Source of the DNA: an uncultured Acidobacteriota bacterium
GTDB lineage: Bacteria > Acidobacteriota > UBA6911
Assembly: GCA_963809485.1 (NCBI GenBank)
Contig: CAWEJX010000019.1
Coordinates: forward strand, 1-64,000
Direction: 5' to 3'
DNA length: 64,000 bases
The notes below the pieces were generated by a model that was given only the letters and a program-made list of their open reading frames with translations, was not told the origin of the DNA and made no database searches. Shown piece after piece: positions 21,330 through 31,423 of the stretch (the first letter of the stretch is position 1; every line of letters starts with the position of its first letter). A program made the position numbers and the translations under genes.

Positions 21330-21857
21330 TCAGGGCTTGCCTTTCCCGAATACCGGAATGATAAATTCCTTTTCCAGGTTCTCAGTGCTGAGAAAGGCTC
21401 CCACCTTTCTTGCGACAATGGTCCCATCGATATCGATGAGCAGGCTTGTCGGGAGTTTCCGGACGTCGAGCTTGACGAATAACTCCGTGTTCGGGTCCAG
21501 GAGCACGGGGAGAGCAAGAGCATACCTCTTGGCGTATCCGCGCACCCGGGAAGCGTTCTCGCCCATGTTGATCAAGAGCACCACCAATCCCTTTTCGCGC
21601 CATTGATCCTGGACCTGCCGGAGAACGCTCATTTCATTCAGGCAAGGACCACACCAGGTCGCCCAGAAATTGAGAAGCACGAGCTTTCCCCGAAAGTCAT
21701 TCATCGAGACCGCTTTCCCCCTAATGTCTTTGAGGGAAAAATCGGGGGCCTTTTCCAGGCTCTGCTCCGCGCGGCTCAGTGAGCCGGCCGCTAGAGCAGC
21801 GATCATCAGCAGGGTGGCAACCGCAGCCCGGAACCCGCAGGCTGAGTATCTTTTCAT
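21330..21857 (-). CDS. TlpA/ResA-family exported thiol-disulfide reductase
   Basis: Signal peptide, APDFSL, LLNFWATWCGPC, cis-Pro LPTS. Confidence 0.9.
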   Translation of the reverse strand: MKRYSACGFRAAVATLLMIAALAAGSLSRAEQSLEKAPDFSLKDIRGKAVSMNDFRGKLVLLNFWATWCGPCLNEMSVLRQVQDQWREKGLVVLLINMGENASRVRGYAKRYALALPVLLDPNTELFVKLDVRKLPTSLLIDIDGTIVARKVGAFLSTENLEKEFIIPVFGKGKP

Positions 21858-21896
21858 CTCCTTATCGCCACCCCATCTTTCTCGACCCCTTGCATC

Positions 21897-21915
21897 AGGC
21901 AGAAGACCTCCGCCT
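21897..21915 (-). promoter_or_regulatory. Putative bacterial SECIS element
   Basis: Minus-strand hairpin AGGCGGA-GGTCT-TCTGCCT begins 11 nt after TGA(21927-21929); loop matches fdhF-type AGGUCU. Confidence 0.75.
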
Positions 21916-21923
21916 TGTCGGTT

Positions 21924-23018
21924 CTATCACCCGACGCAGGGGATGAAAGAACGAAATCCCGTCACCACATCGTAACCCATGCAGTCGCGCTTCTCATCAT
22001 AGCGGTTCGGTGCGATATCGCTTCCCGGCAGCGAGAGTGACCATGCGGCGATGCCCCATCTAAGGCTGACCGCGTCATATCCCAGCAGGCTGAGAACAGC
22101 AGCGGCTTGTGCGCTGTCGTGTCCCGTTTCGCAGTAAACGACAATCTGCCTGTCCGGCGGAAGGCGCCGGAGATTTTCCCTGCTGAACAGAGCCCGAAGC
22201 GGAATGTGAAGGCATTTGTCTATATGGCCGAGGCAGTAGGCAGCCTCATCGCGAACGTCGAGGACGAGGGGAGCCACGTAAGGATTCTCGGAAGCATGGA
22301 GAAGGGCATAGAGCTCAGGCGCTGAAAGAGTGAAAGGTTTGCCCAAGTCACTAAAGTAAAGACGGCTTGCCGAGAGGATCGTCTCGAAGCTGTCGCGCCC
22401 TTCGCCGTTTTCAAAATCGGGGAAGTCGTAAGTCTCCTGAGGAGAGTCGAGGCGCTGCACTGTTCTATAGCTACCGCCCGACATCCAGACGGTATCCCTT
22501 GAACTCTCATATCGACCCGGCGCTGCATCACTTTGGGCCGTCCAGGCCGTCATACCCCATTTTAGATTGACCGCGTCGTAGCCGAGCAGATTCAGAATGG
22601 CCGCCGCCTGCCCTCCAATCTGCCCCGTACCGGAATAGACCACAATTTTGCGGTCTTTCGGCAGGTCCTTAAGGTATTTCCAGTCGGCTATGTTTCTCAA
22701 TGGTATATTCACGGCTCCCGGTATGTGACCAAGCGCGTACGGGTTCGGCATATCCGGGTCGGGGGTGCGCAGGTCCACTATTATGGGCCCCTTCCTGAAC
22801 GATGAGGGATCGTAGTTTCGAACGTCGAGGAGCGCCATACTGGAGATCATAGACTCATAAAGCGCCTTCGCATTGATCTCAAGGGGGCGGCCGCTTCCCA
22901 GATAGCCCTCGGCGGCCGCCCTTATCGTTTCGAAGTCGGCGTCTCCACCGTTTGGCGAAGCGCCAAAAACAATAATCACGAACAAAGCTGGAATGATCGC
23001 GAAAAGACGTTTTTTCAT
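21924..23018 (-). CDS. Exported tandem-rhodanese (sulfurtransferase) protein, probable selenoprotein ending CVGU
   Basis: Signal peptide MKKRLFAII..; two rhodanese domains (GHIPGA..VVYSGTG; GHIDKC..VVYCETG); ends TGC GTC GGG TGA TAG followed by SECIS-like hairpin. Confidence 0.8.
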
Positions 23019-23279
23019 GATCGGACCCAAACGCGGAACGGTCTGTCTCACCTCCATTTGCCTAAGGATGCGGGAGAAAGAACGTCGCGCTTTCCATAGC
23101 CCCAGCCTCCGCCGTCTCCGCCGGCAAACACAATCCTGATCTGCTGGGGCGTGAACAATTTCCCATTTCCTGCCTCCCTCAATGTGGAGACACATGCGCC
23201 GGCAAAGAAGTGTCCTTCTTCCTTTTGTATGCTTATGCTCCATTTTCTGACGCGGACGGCATCTTTGTCAAAAGCATTC

Positions 23280-23745
23280 AGAGCTGAATAGTGGCGGGAT
23301 GTGAACGTGTGACGCTTGACGGGGTCACGGGTCTGTTCAGCTGGATGAGGATAGGGACAGAGAGATCGGCTGACCATCCGTTGCCGGGACGCCACTCAGC
23401 GGATCGGATCCCGTATGCCTGTGCTGGCCCGTTCTTGCCGTTTTCATCCGTATCGCAACAAATAGCCGCCTGCATCAACGGCCGCTGACATTGGGAGAAG
23501 CCGTAAAGCGAGTGCAAAGCTGGATCGATCAGCCGTACGTTCGGATCATTCTTCCGACGGAGCAGCACCGGGATATCTTCCAGCGAATGCTCTCTGATGG
23601 AAACGCAACAGCCAATCTCGTACCGGATGCGCATCTGGCGGCACTGGCCGTGGAACACAACTGCAAGTTATGCTCCACCGACGCGGACTTTTCAAGGTTC
23701 CCCGGGCTGAATTGGCGCAACCCCGTCAGCGATAAGAAACGATAG
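23280..23745 (+). pseudogene. 5'-truncated/interrupted PIN (VapC) toxin gene
   Basis: Frame from about 23395 reads LSGSDPVCLCWPVLAVFIRIATN...LVPDAHLAALAVEH...STDADFSRFPGLNWRNP; N-terminal DxN motif and antitoxin absent. Confidence 0.7.
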
Positions 23746-23890
23746 GTGTTTTCCGGGATTCGCTCGTCGAGGCGGCAGGGCAACTCTTTCCTAACTCCCA
23801 ATTGAGAAAAGTGGTAAAAAGGACGCCACAGGTATTCCTGTCATTTGCGAAATCGAGCCCGTGGAGCAGGGGTTTTTGAAAGGACCGGAA

Positions 23891-25186
23891 ATGGCGCAAC
23901 CGCAAACAGTGGATTCCCCATTGAAGACATCGTTACAAGCCAATTTGGGACGCTATCGCTGGATTATATGCGCACTGCTGTTTTTTGCCACGACCGTTAA
24001 CTATGTGGATCGCGCGGTGCTGGGTGTGCTGGCGCCCACCCTGCGGACTGAAATCGGATGGACGGATCAGCACTACGGCTATATCACCGGGGTTTTTACT
24101 TTTGCATACGCCATCGGATACCTCTTTGCCGGATGGCTCATCGACAAGATTGGCACAAGAATCGGCTACACGCTGTACCTGGCAGTCTGGTCAATCGCTG
24201 CGGCTACTCACGGATTGGCGCGTTCCGCCTTTGATTTCGGGCTGGCGCGCCTTTGTTTGGGCATCGGCGAATCGGGCAACTTTCCGGCGGCACTCAAAAC
24301 TGTGGCCGAGTGGTTCCCCCAAAAGGAGCGGGCTTTGGCGACGGGCATTTTTAATGCCGGAACAAATGTCGGAGCTGTCGTGGCTCCCGCCGTGGTTCCC
24401 TGGATTGCGTTGCATTGGCACTGGCAGGCGGCGTTTGTGATAACAGGGCTGGCGGGCCTTGTGTGGATTTTGTTCTGGTGGCCCGTCTATCGCAGGCCTT
24501 CCGAGCATTCAAAACTCTCTCGAACCGAACTCGCCTATATCGAAAGCGATCCGCCGGATCCGCAGATACAGATTGCCTGGAGCCGTCTCTTGCCCCATCG
24601 CCAGATCTGGGCATATTCAGCAAGCAAATTCATGATCGATGCCATCTGGTGGTTTTATCTTTTCTGGTTTCCACTGTTCCTGAACGACCGCTTCGGCGTG
24701 GACTTAAAGGGCATCGGCCTGCCGCTTATCACGGTTTATCTCCTGGCCGATGTCGGATCGGTTTTCGGCGGCTGGCTCAGTTCATCTCTTATCGGCAAAG
24801 GCCGGTCCGTAAATGCCGCGCGCAAAGCAACCATGCTTATCTGCGCCGTTTTTATCCTTCCCGTGACCATGGCGCCCAATGTCGATTCGAAATGGCTTGC
24901 CGTCTGGCTGGTCGGCATTGCAGCGGCGGCCCACCAGGGCTTTTCGGCGAACCTCTTTACAACGGTGTCGGATATGTTCCCGAGAAAAGCCGTGGGATCT
25001 GTTGTGGGAATCGGAGGTTTTGCCGGTGGCATGGGAGGTTTCCTGATGAACCTGGGCGCAGGGTGGCTCAGGCAAAACACCGGCGGCTATGTGGTAATGT
25101 TCCTGATTGCAGGTTTTACTTATCTGATCGCCCTGCTGGTTTTCCATCTGCTCGCTCCAAAGCTGGAACCTGTAAAAATTGAATAA
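23891..25186 (+). CDS. MFS transporter, ExuT/hexuronate (ACS) family
   Basis: RWIICALLFFATTVNYVDR, ESGNFPAA, EWFPQKERALATGIFNAG, WFYLFWFP. Confidence 0.88.
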   Translation: MAQPQTVDSPLKTSLQANLGRYRWIICALLFFATTVNYVDRAVLGVLAPTLRTEIGWTDQHYGYITGVFTFAYAIGYLFAGWLIDKIGTRIGYTLYLAVWSIAAATHGLARSAFDFGLARLCLGIGESGNFPAALKTVAEWFPQKERALATGIFNAGTNVGAVVAPAVVPWIALHWHWQAAFVITGLAGLVWILFWWPVYRRPSEHSKLSRTELAYIESDPPDPQIQIAWSRLLPHRQIWAYSASKFMIDAIWWFYLFWFPLFLNDRFGVDLKGIGLPLITVYLLADVGSVFGGWLSSSLIGKGRSVNAARKATMLICAVFILPVTMAPNVDSKWLAVWLVGIAAAAHQGFSANLFTTVSDMFPRKAVGSVVGIGGFAGGMGGFLMNLGAGWLRQNTGGYVVMFLIAGFTYLIALLVFHLLAPKLEPVKIE

Positions 25187-25230
25187 TTGATGCAAACGAA
25201 TTGGGCGGATCAGTGTATATTTATTGGCGG

Positions 25231-25350
25231 TATTCTTCGGGGTGAGGTGGAATTCCTCAACCGGCGGTAAAAGCCCGCGAGCGCCGCTGAACGGCGCAGA
25301 ACCTGTGCGATTCAGGTGCCGACGGAAACAGTCCGGATGGTAGAAGAGTA
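25231..25350 (+). ncRNA. FMN riboswitch (RFN element)
   Basis: TTCTTCGGGGTGAGGTGGAATTCC..ACCGGCGGT..AGCCCGCGAGC..GCCGACGG..AGTCCGGATGGTAGAAGA upstream of ribBA. Confidence 0.93.
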
Positions 25351-25383
25351 TGCAAGATTTTCTCTGCAACACTCCATCCATCA

Positions 25384-25408
25384 CCCCGGTATGTGTGCGG
25401 GGTTTTTT
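25384..25408 (+). terminator. Intrinsic terminator, expression platform of the FMN riboswitch
   Basis: CCCCG..CGGGG stem followed by TTTTTT. Confidence 0.75.
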
Positions 25409-25524
25409 ATTGTCCAGCTGATCCCACACATCTTTATAGGAGTCGAGCTCTCGAGCTGGCAGGCAAAGCTCGAGCCGGACATCATGAGTCCTGACGGAAA
25501 ATTGCCACGGAGTGGGTGCAAGAC

Positions 25525-26745
25525 ATGAACGAAGATCCCAGGTTTGATTCCATCGCTGAAGCCATTGAAGATATCAGGCATGGCAAGTGTGTCATCGTGG
25601 TCGACGACGAAGACCGCGAAAATGAGGGAGACCTGATTATGGCGGCGGAGAAAGCCACGCCGGAAATGGTCAACTTCTTCGTCACGCACGGACGCGGGCT
25701 GGTCTGTGTTCCGATGACGGAGGACGATCTGCATCGCCTGGAGCTCGATCAGATGGTGCTCCGGAACACGGCCCTTCTTGGCACCCGGTTCACCGTGTCT
25801 GTGGACGCGCTCGAAGGCACAACGACCGGGATTTCCGCTTACGATCGAGCCCGGACGATCCATGTGTTGGCCGATCCTCAAAGCAGGCCTGAAAACCTGG
25901 GGCGGCCAGGGCACGTCTTCCCCCTCAAAGCCCTCAAGGGAGGCGTGCTAACACGGGCCGGCCATACGGAAGCTACCGTTGACCTGGCTCGTCTCGCCGG
26001 ATTGAGGCCGGCGGGCGTTTTATGTGAAATCATGGATGACGACGGCTCGATGGCCAGGGTGCCGCGTCTCGCGCAGATGGCAAAGCACTTCAACCTCAAA
26101 CTGATCACCGTGCGGGCATTGATTGAATATCGCCGGCGGATGGAGAAACTGGTGCAGAGAGTAACTACCGTCAGGTTGCCGACCCGGGACGGCGAATTCA
26201 GACTGCATCTGTATCGCTCCGAGGTCGACGAGCACCATCACCTTGCCCTGGAACGCGGCAAGGTGGCCGGAGAAAAGAACGTTCTGGTGAGAGTCCACTC
26301 GAGCTGTCTAACCGGCGATGTCTTCGGTTCGCTCCGCTGTGATTGCGGATCCCAGCTCCGCGAAGCTATGCGGATGATCGGCCAGGAGGGACTGGGCGTA
26401 CTGGTTTACATGCGTCAGGAAGGGCGTGGAATAGGTCTGGTCAACAAGCTTCTTGCTTACAAGCTGCAGGAGGAGGGAAAGGACACTGTCGAGGCAAACA
26501 GCGAACTCGGATTCGAGGCCGATCTGCGCGACTACGGTATCGGTGCCCAGATTCTGGCCGATCTTGGTCTTACGTCAATCCGTCTTTTAACGAATAATCC
26601 TCGTAAGGTAGTCGGGCTGAGCGGATATGGATTGGAAATCACCGAAAGGTTGCCGATCGAGGTGCCCGCTTCCGAACACGCCATCAGATATCTTGAAACG
26701 AAACGCGATAAGCTGGGGCATTTGCTGAATCTGAGTACCGACTAG
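25525..26745 (+). CDS. ribBA: Bifunctional DHBP synthase / GTP cyclohydrolase II
   Basis: [52 protein letters not shown]. Confidence 0.95.
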   Translation: MNEDPRFDSIAEAIEDIRHGKCVIVVDDEDRENEGDLIMAAEKATPEMVNFFVTHGRGLVCVPMTEDDLHRLELDQMVLRNTALLGTRFTVSVDALEGTTTGISAYDRARTIHVLADPQSRPENLGRPGHVFPLKALKGGVLTRAGHTEATVDLARLAGLRPAGVLCEIMDDDGSMARVPRLAQMAKHFNLKLITVRALIEYRRRMEKLVQRVTTVRLPTRDGEFRLHLYRSEVDEHHHLALERGKVAGEKNVLVRVHSSCLTGDVFGSLRCDCGSQLREAMRMIGQEGLGVLVYMRQEGRGIGLVNKLLAYKLQEEGKDTVEANSELGFEADLRDYGIGAQILADLGLTSIRLLTNNPRKVVGLSGYGLEITERLPIEVPASEHAIRYLETKRDKLGHLLNLSTD

Positions 26746-26880
26746 GGACGGAGATATGCGCTCCACGTGTCCTAATCGTATGCTCTCGCATTGTCAGCGT
26801 TACCGAATCCCGGAATCGCCCGCTCTGAAGAGTTTTCAGCATAGCCGGGGATTTGCCTGGGAATTGGATTTTTGCGCAGA

Positions 26881-28014
26881 CTAGAATCCTATCCCGATTT
26901 TAACACCCCACTCCCTGGAATTGTTGGCGGGTTCCCATACTCGTCCATATGGGATGCCGTCGATTATGACATCGTATGGTTCGGACTGTTCAATATCCCA
27001 GTACCTGTAAAAAGGCTCGATGGTCAAATCAAGCTTTCCGAGGTTCTTGACCAGCTTCACGCTTCCCCTGGCGCCCCATCCGTCTTTCTGATCGTTTTCC
27101 GCGTTGGCGATGCCGGGATACACGTCACCGATCCGGCTGTACTGCCATCCGTGCCAGAAAAGATCATATTCGCCCGACAGGCCCAGCGACCAGCCGCTCC
27201 CCAGCTTGAACATGCCTTCCATGCCGATAGGGCTGTAAATATATTTGGATTTTCTGTCATAGCCGCCATGCCCGGTGCTGCTTGTCTTTTCGCCCATGTC
27301 GTCAAAAAGGTACCTGTATCCAAAACCGATAAAGGGCGTGAGCCGCACCTTCTCCGATGCATGGAAATCGCGGCCGAACAAAGCCTGTGAGTCGAATAAA
27401 AATTCTCCAATGTCATCCAGCGTCCCCGTCTCCAGGGAGGAATAGTCGACATTGCCCATTTCAAGGCTTCCATTCAGCTTCAACATAAAATCGTGCTTGT
27501 GGAAGGTGTAGTCGCCATACACCCCGGCCATGATGCCGCTTTCTTCCATGATTCCGGGTTCCTTATACCCAAGATGAGAAAGCTCCACGCCCACGCCCAG
27601 CCCCCACCGGTCGACGAATAATGGTTCCCGCGCGCTTTTCGCCGGATGTGAGGGGGCGGTGGAAGGCTGAGATGGAGTCGTCGTGAAAACCTTCGGTGGC
27701 GTTTGGGCGGCTTTATCCTGCACTTCGGTTTTGGGTGCCGGCAGCTCCGGGGCCTGCGGGGTCTGCATCAATTTTATGTGCCCTGAAGCAATGTAGCCAA
27801 CAACCCTGCCGGTTTGTATTTTCACATATCCGGGCTCGTAGCCGAGAATGAGCACCGTTTCCCCGCAGGAGATCTGCCTGGCAACAAAAAGGCTACCCGG
27901 CTTTTCCCATGCGGTAACGCTCGTCTCTTCCTGGCAGACGATGACACCCTGATCCTGAGCTGTGCCAGCGGCCGTGATGAACAAGCAGAATGCGACGCCC
28001 AAAATGTATTTCAT
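26881..28014 (-). CDS. Outer-membrane beta-barrel protein with N-terminal SH3-like domain and Pro-rich linker
   Basis: Signal peptide, PQAPELPAP linker, alternating aromatic strands, C-terminal GIGF. Confidence 0.65.
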   Translation of the reverse strand: MKYILGVAFCLFITAAGTAQDQGVIVCQEETSVTAWEKPGSLFVARQISCGETVLILGYEPGYVKIQTGRVVGYIASGHIKLMQTPQAPELPAPKTEVQDKAAQTPPKVFTTTPSQPSTAPSHPAKSAREPLFVDRWGLGVGVELSHLGYKEPGIMEESGIMAGVYGDYTFHKHDFMLKLNGSLEMGNVDYSSLETGTLDDIGEFLFDSQALFGRDFHASEKVRLTPFIGFGYRYLFDDMGEKTSSTGHGGYDRKSKYIYSPIGMEGMFKLGSGWSLGLSGEYDLFWHGWQYSRIGDVYPGIANAENDQKDGWGARGSVKLVKNLGKLDLTIEPFYRYWDIEQSEPYDVIIDGIPYGRVWEPANNSREWGVKIGIGF

Positions 28015-28255
28015 GGCAACTCCATCCCCTTTCAATTCCCGGCAGGCTCTTAATTCCTTTAAAAATCCGGCTTTAACGCCTGTTTGAGATTTATCGACAC
28101 GGCGGCACAAAAAATTTACACCCAAAGGCGGGAAGTTGGATCGCCAGGACGAGCGAATGGGTCGGCTGAGGGCACAAAAACACCGAGGTATGCTGGCAAA
28201 GACGCCGATGAAGGCCGGCAATGAATCGCTTCCGCGCTCCCGGCTTTACCTTCGG

Positions 28256-28505
28256 TAATTCTATTGGTAAATCCACGGCTCTGCCGGGGGACTCAAAGAG
28301 TTTGACAGCTCCGTATTTTGAAACGCTGATAAAAGCGCTGACAAACGCGGATTTGTCCGGCGCGGAGCGCTGGCCTCTGTGGGGATCGGAAGCGCCTCAT
28401 CGGCTTTTGCCCGCGTAAGTCAGCGTTCAAGACCGGCGTAACTTCTCCAACCGCTTTGAGCGGCTCCAATCTTTCAAGCCTCCAGCTTTGAGGAGGTGCC
28501 TGACT
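28256..28505 (+). mobile_element. IS200/IS605-like non-autonomous element (MITE/PATE), copy A
   Basis: Subterminal hairpins at both ends (CGGCTCTGCCG left; degenerate CCTCC..GGAGG right), starts TAATT, ends TGACT; homologous to copies B and C. Confidence 0.7.
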
Positions 28506-28527
28506 GGCTCCGGGAGCACGGTGATTC

Positions 28528-30015
28528 TCAGGGAGCGGTGCATTTCCAGTTGGCGGCGTCCGTGAGACTCCCGGTTCCGCTGTATTCCGAGTACTTCGGA
28601 AACGGGCATATGGGGCGCATCAGGCGTGATTTGGGATTCGATCCCATGATCTGATCGGGAGGAATTCCCTCTTCGCGCCACTTCTCGATCGCGCTGATCG
28701 TGTCGAAATTGCATGGACCGTTGCCGCCGCTGCAATGTCCCATGCCGGGGACCATGAAAAGGCGCATCCAATCGTCCTGCCCGGGCCCCATCTCCTTAAG
28801 AACGCTTTCGTAATAATGAATCGTATTTTCAGGGGGAATTCCCGTGTCATTCCAGCCGTGATAGAGCAACAGCTTGCCGCCGTGCCCCTTAAAGCCTCGC
28901 AGATCCGGATCGACCGCATCCACGAAACCGGCGGCTGCGTCGATCCGCGGCATGTCCCGGTCCAGGTCAAAGCTTCGCCAGTCGTAGTCCGCATTCTGCA
29001 ATCCAAGTATGCGTACGCTGTCCCACACGAAGGCATTCGGCGCGGCATTTGTGCTTGGTATTGCGGGCAAAGCGTTGCCCAGGGATTGCCCTGCGAAGAT
29101 CCGTTCGCTTTTGCTGTTCTTCACCCCGCCGTAAAATTCCTCGATGGTTCGAAGCTGCGCTTCGGTGATGCAGGCGTCGCTTTCCTTTCCCTTGCACAGC
29201 AGAGATGAGAAATCAAAGGTACACCTGCGCGGATTGTTCAGAAAGCCTTCCTTGAGCGTGTCGCATTTGTCCATGACCGCCTTGTTCACCATCTTCGCCT
29301 TGGCTTCGGAAATGGCCTGTTCCGGGTTTCTCGACAGACGGATGGCCGTAGCGACTGCAGCGGTGTGCATGTGGATGTGGCGGTTGGCAAGCGCTCCTCC
29401 GATGATTCCGTCGAAGTCCCCGGGGTACCGTTGGGCGGACATCACAGCCTGGCGCCCTCCGGTCGAGCAGCCCTTGAAATAGGAGTATTGGAGCGGTTTC
29501 GAGTAATATGCTGCGATGACGCGCTTGGATTTGACCGCCATGTCGTGAACGGCGCGGTAGGCAAAATCGACAACTTTCTCGGGGTGGTCGAGCGCGAACA
29601 TGCCATTGGGACCATCCGATGCGGAGTGGCCGTTGTCGGTGGCGGCCGTCGCGTATCCCCGGCGCAAAGCATCCTCCATATCTCCATAGCCCTGTATGGA
29701 TCCCGCCCAGCCGCCGTTGCCGACCGCCAGAAACCTGCCGTTCCAGTTTTCGGCCGGCATCCATAGTTCCACATTGATATTGGAGTCCTCCGCAGGTTTC
29801 AGAACCATCATTACGCGGCAATGCGCCGGCAGCGATCCGGCGGAATTGGCTGCGGGCAAACCGGGCGCCGGGCCTCCCGGCCGCACGAATGGTCCTTCCG
29901 GCACCAGCCCTGCGGCGGTTATGGCAGTACGGGGGATTTCAAGGGGTTTAAGGTTTTCACATGGCGCAGCCTGCAAAGCCACGGCCAGTAGCGCGGTTTC
30001 CAAAAGCCCTATCAT
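28528..30015 (-). CDS. Tannase/feruloyl esterase family alpha/beta hydrolase
   Basis: WNGRFLAVGNGG, GCSTGG nucleophile, YHGWND, VPGMGHC, RPICPFP. Confidence 0.9.
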   Translation of the reverse strand: MIGLLETALLAVALQAAPCENLKPLEIPRTAITAAGLVPEGPFVRPGGPAPGLPAANSAGSLPAHCRVMMVLKPAEDSNINVELWMPAENWNGRFLAVGNGGWAGSIQGYGDMEDALRRGYATAATDNGHSASDGPNGMFALDHPEKVVDFAYRAVHDMAVKSKRVIAAYYSKPLQYSYFKGCSTGGRQAVMSAQRYPGDFDGIIGGALANRHIHMHTAAVATAIRLSRNPEQAISEAKAKMVNKAVMDKCDTLKEGFLNNPRRCTFDFSSLLCKGKESDACITEAQLRTIEEFYGGVKNSKSERIFAGQSLGNALPAIPSTNAAPNAFVWDSVRILGLQNADYDWRSFDLDRDMPRIDAAAGFVDAVDPDLRGFKGHGGKLLLYHGWNDTGIPPENTIHYYESVLKEMGPGQDDWMRLFMVPGMGHCSGGNGPCNFDTISAIEKWREEGIPPDQIMGSNPKSRLMRPICPFPKYSEYSGTGSLTDAANWKCTAP

Positions 30016-30071
30016 CGTTTTCTCCTGAATCCGATCATTTGTTCAATGCGAAACAACCATAGATGCCGAAA

Positions 30072-30701
30072 TCATTGGTTGCCGTCTGGAATGAGATACC
30101 TTCCCCGATGGATCTCACGCTGCCGGCACTCGAAACTGGCAGCGTCCTCCGGATTTCCGCTGCCTTTGTAATGAGCTGACAGCGGATAGGGACACAGTGG
30201 ACGGCTGCGTCCGGGGAAGGCATTGCCGGTTGCGATGACGGCGTCTGGGGCCTTGCCCTCTTCGACCCAGTCGACAATGGCGCCGAGCATATCGAACCGG
30301 TCCAGAGCCGGAACATCTCCGCCGCCCTGCATCCCGATGGGCGTCTGCACGGTTCCGTTAAGCCCGCCGCCGCCCTGGAAGAGAAACCTGCCGTTCCAGT
30401 CAGCCGGGAGCGCAAGTGCAAATCCGATCCCGTAAGGGACATTGTCAACGCCGGTACGGGACTCGATAACTCCGTCCACGCGGCAATGCGCCGGAATGAG
30501 ACCTGTATAGCCTGGGCCCGTGGGGCTTTTCGGCATCGGTGCGGCGGGGACATTTTCGGCCTTGGTGATTTCGAGACTGGCGCCCGGCATCTTCAGCTCA
30601 GAAAGCCTGGCGCACGAGTCGGTTGTCTGTGCCCGAATCATTGAAGGCATGAACGCGACGGCAAGCGCCAGAGCCGCTATTGGGAGAATTCTTTGCATCA
30701 C
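30072..30701 (-). pseudogene. Internally deleted tannase-family paralog
   Basis: N-terminal (WNGRFLFQGGGG) fused in frame to C-terminal (DWVEEGKAPD..RPLCPYP); catalytic Ser and His regions missing. Confidence 0.75.
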
Positions 30702-30740
30702 AGTCCTCCGTGGGATAGTCCCAAGTATAGCCCAAATCCA

Positions 30741-31021
30741 TAATTAGTTTCTGTCGCGAAACTCATGTTTTCATGCCAAGCCCTGGAGAGGCGGACAGAG
30801 AATAGCTCCGGGCTCGCTTCGCTCAGCCGGGGTAGGATGTTCGATAATGATGGCGTCCCGCAATTGGCAAAAAACCTTATACAGCAATACTTTCTGCCGC
30901 CCTTTTAGGGCTCTCCTCTTGCCGATTCTCACCAGGGGTTCGCTTCGCTCATCCCTGGCTATTCTCTGATCGCCCCTTGCGGGGCTTGGTCAAAAAACCT
31001 GTTTGCGACAGAAGCTGATTA
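30741..31021. mobile_element. Palindromic MITE/REPIN-like element
   Basis: Imperfect about 21-bp TIRs (TAATTAGTTTCTGTCGCGAAAC / GTTTGCGACAGAAGCTGATTA), internal CGCTTCGCTCA hairpins and GCCCC..GGGGC units. Confidence 0.65.
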
Positions 31022-31130
31022 AAAGGCGGATGCTCACCAGACGGCATTTTGGCTGGGATAGCATCGCTTCAATGGCCCGTCCCGGCGATTGTCGGGGCAT
31101 TCCAAAATGGCTCAAATCCGAATTATTGCA

Positions 31131-31159
31131 TTGACAGCCCTTACTGCATTTTCTAACAT
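31131..31159 (+). promoter_or_regulatory. Sigma70 promoter
   Basis: TTGACA-17 nt-TAACAT. Confidence 0.6.
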
Positions 31160-31183
31160 AAAACTGTTTCTTTAGATGAGGTT

Positions 31184-31423
31184 TTGAAGATGGCGAAGAA
31201 GGATTTGAAAAAGAATTTGAACATAAGATGCCCGATTTCGGGATGTGCGTGCATAAACTGCAGCCTCTACAGAGGCAAGCATTTCAACCTGTGTTTTCAG
31301 GATCATTTTGCAGGCGATAGCGCCAAGGGCACGGGTCCGCTGTTTAGTATGGGTTACTTAGCCACGGCACGCGTCGTTAAGTGTGACGGCTGCTCTACCG
31401 AATATGTGATGATGAATCCTTAG
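31184..31423 (+). CDS. Small Cys/His-rich hypothetical protein
   Basis: CPISGCACINCSLYRGKHFNLC and CDGC; preceded by promoter and GAGG. Confidence 0.6.
   Translation: MKMAKKDLKKNLNIRCPISGCACINCSLYRGKHFNLCFQDHFAGDSAKGTGPLFSMGYLATARVVKCDGCSTEYVMMNP

Noticed and set aside
21330-21332. TGA stop of TlpA (also TGA stops at 42878, 54071, 55979, 56391) as Sec codons
   Set aside because: No Cys-motif context and no correctly spaced GGTC-loop hairpin seen
21047-23800. Integrative island at selC
   Set aside because: No integrase and no duplicated tRNA 3' end seen in the window; only repeat scars and a VapC remnant
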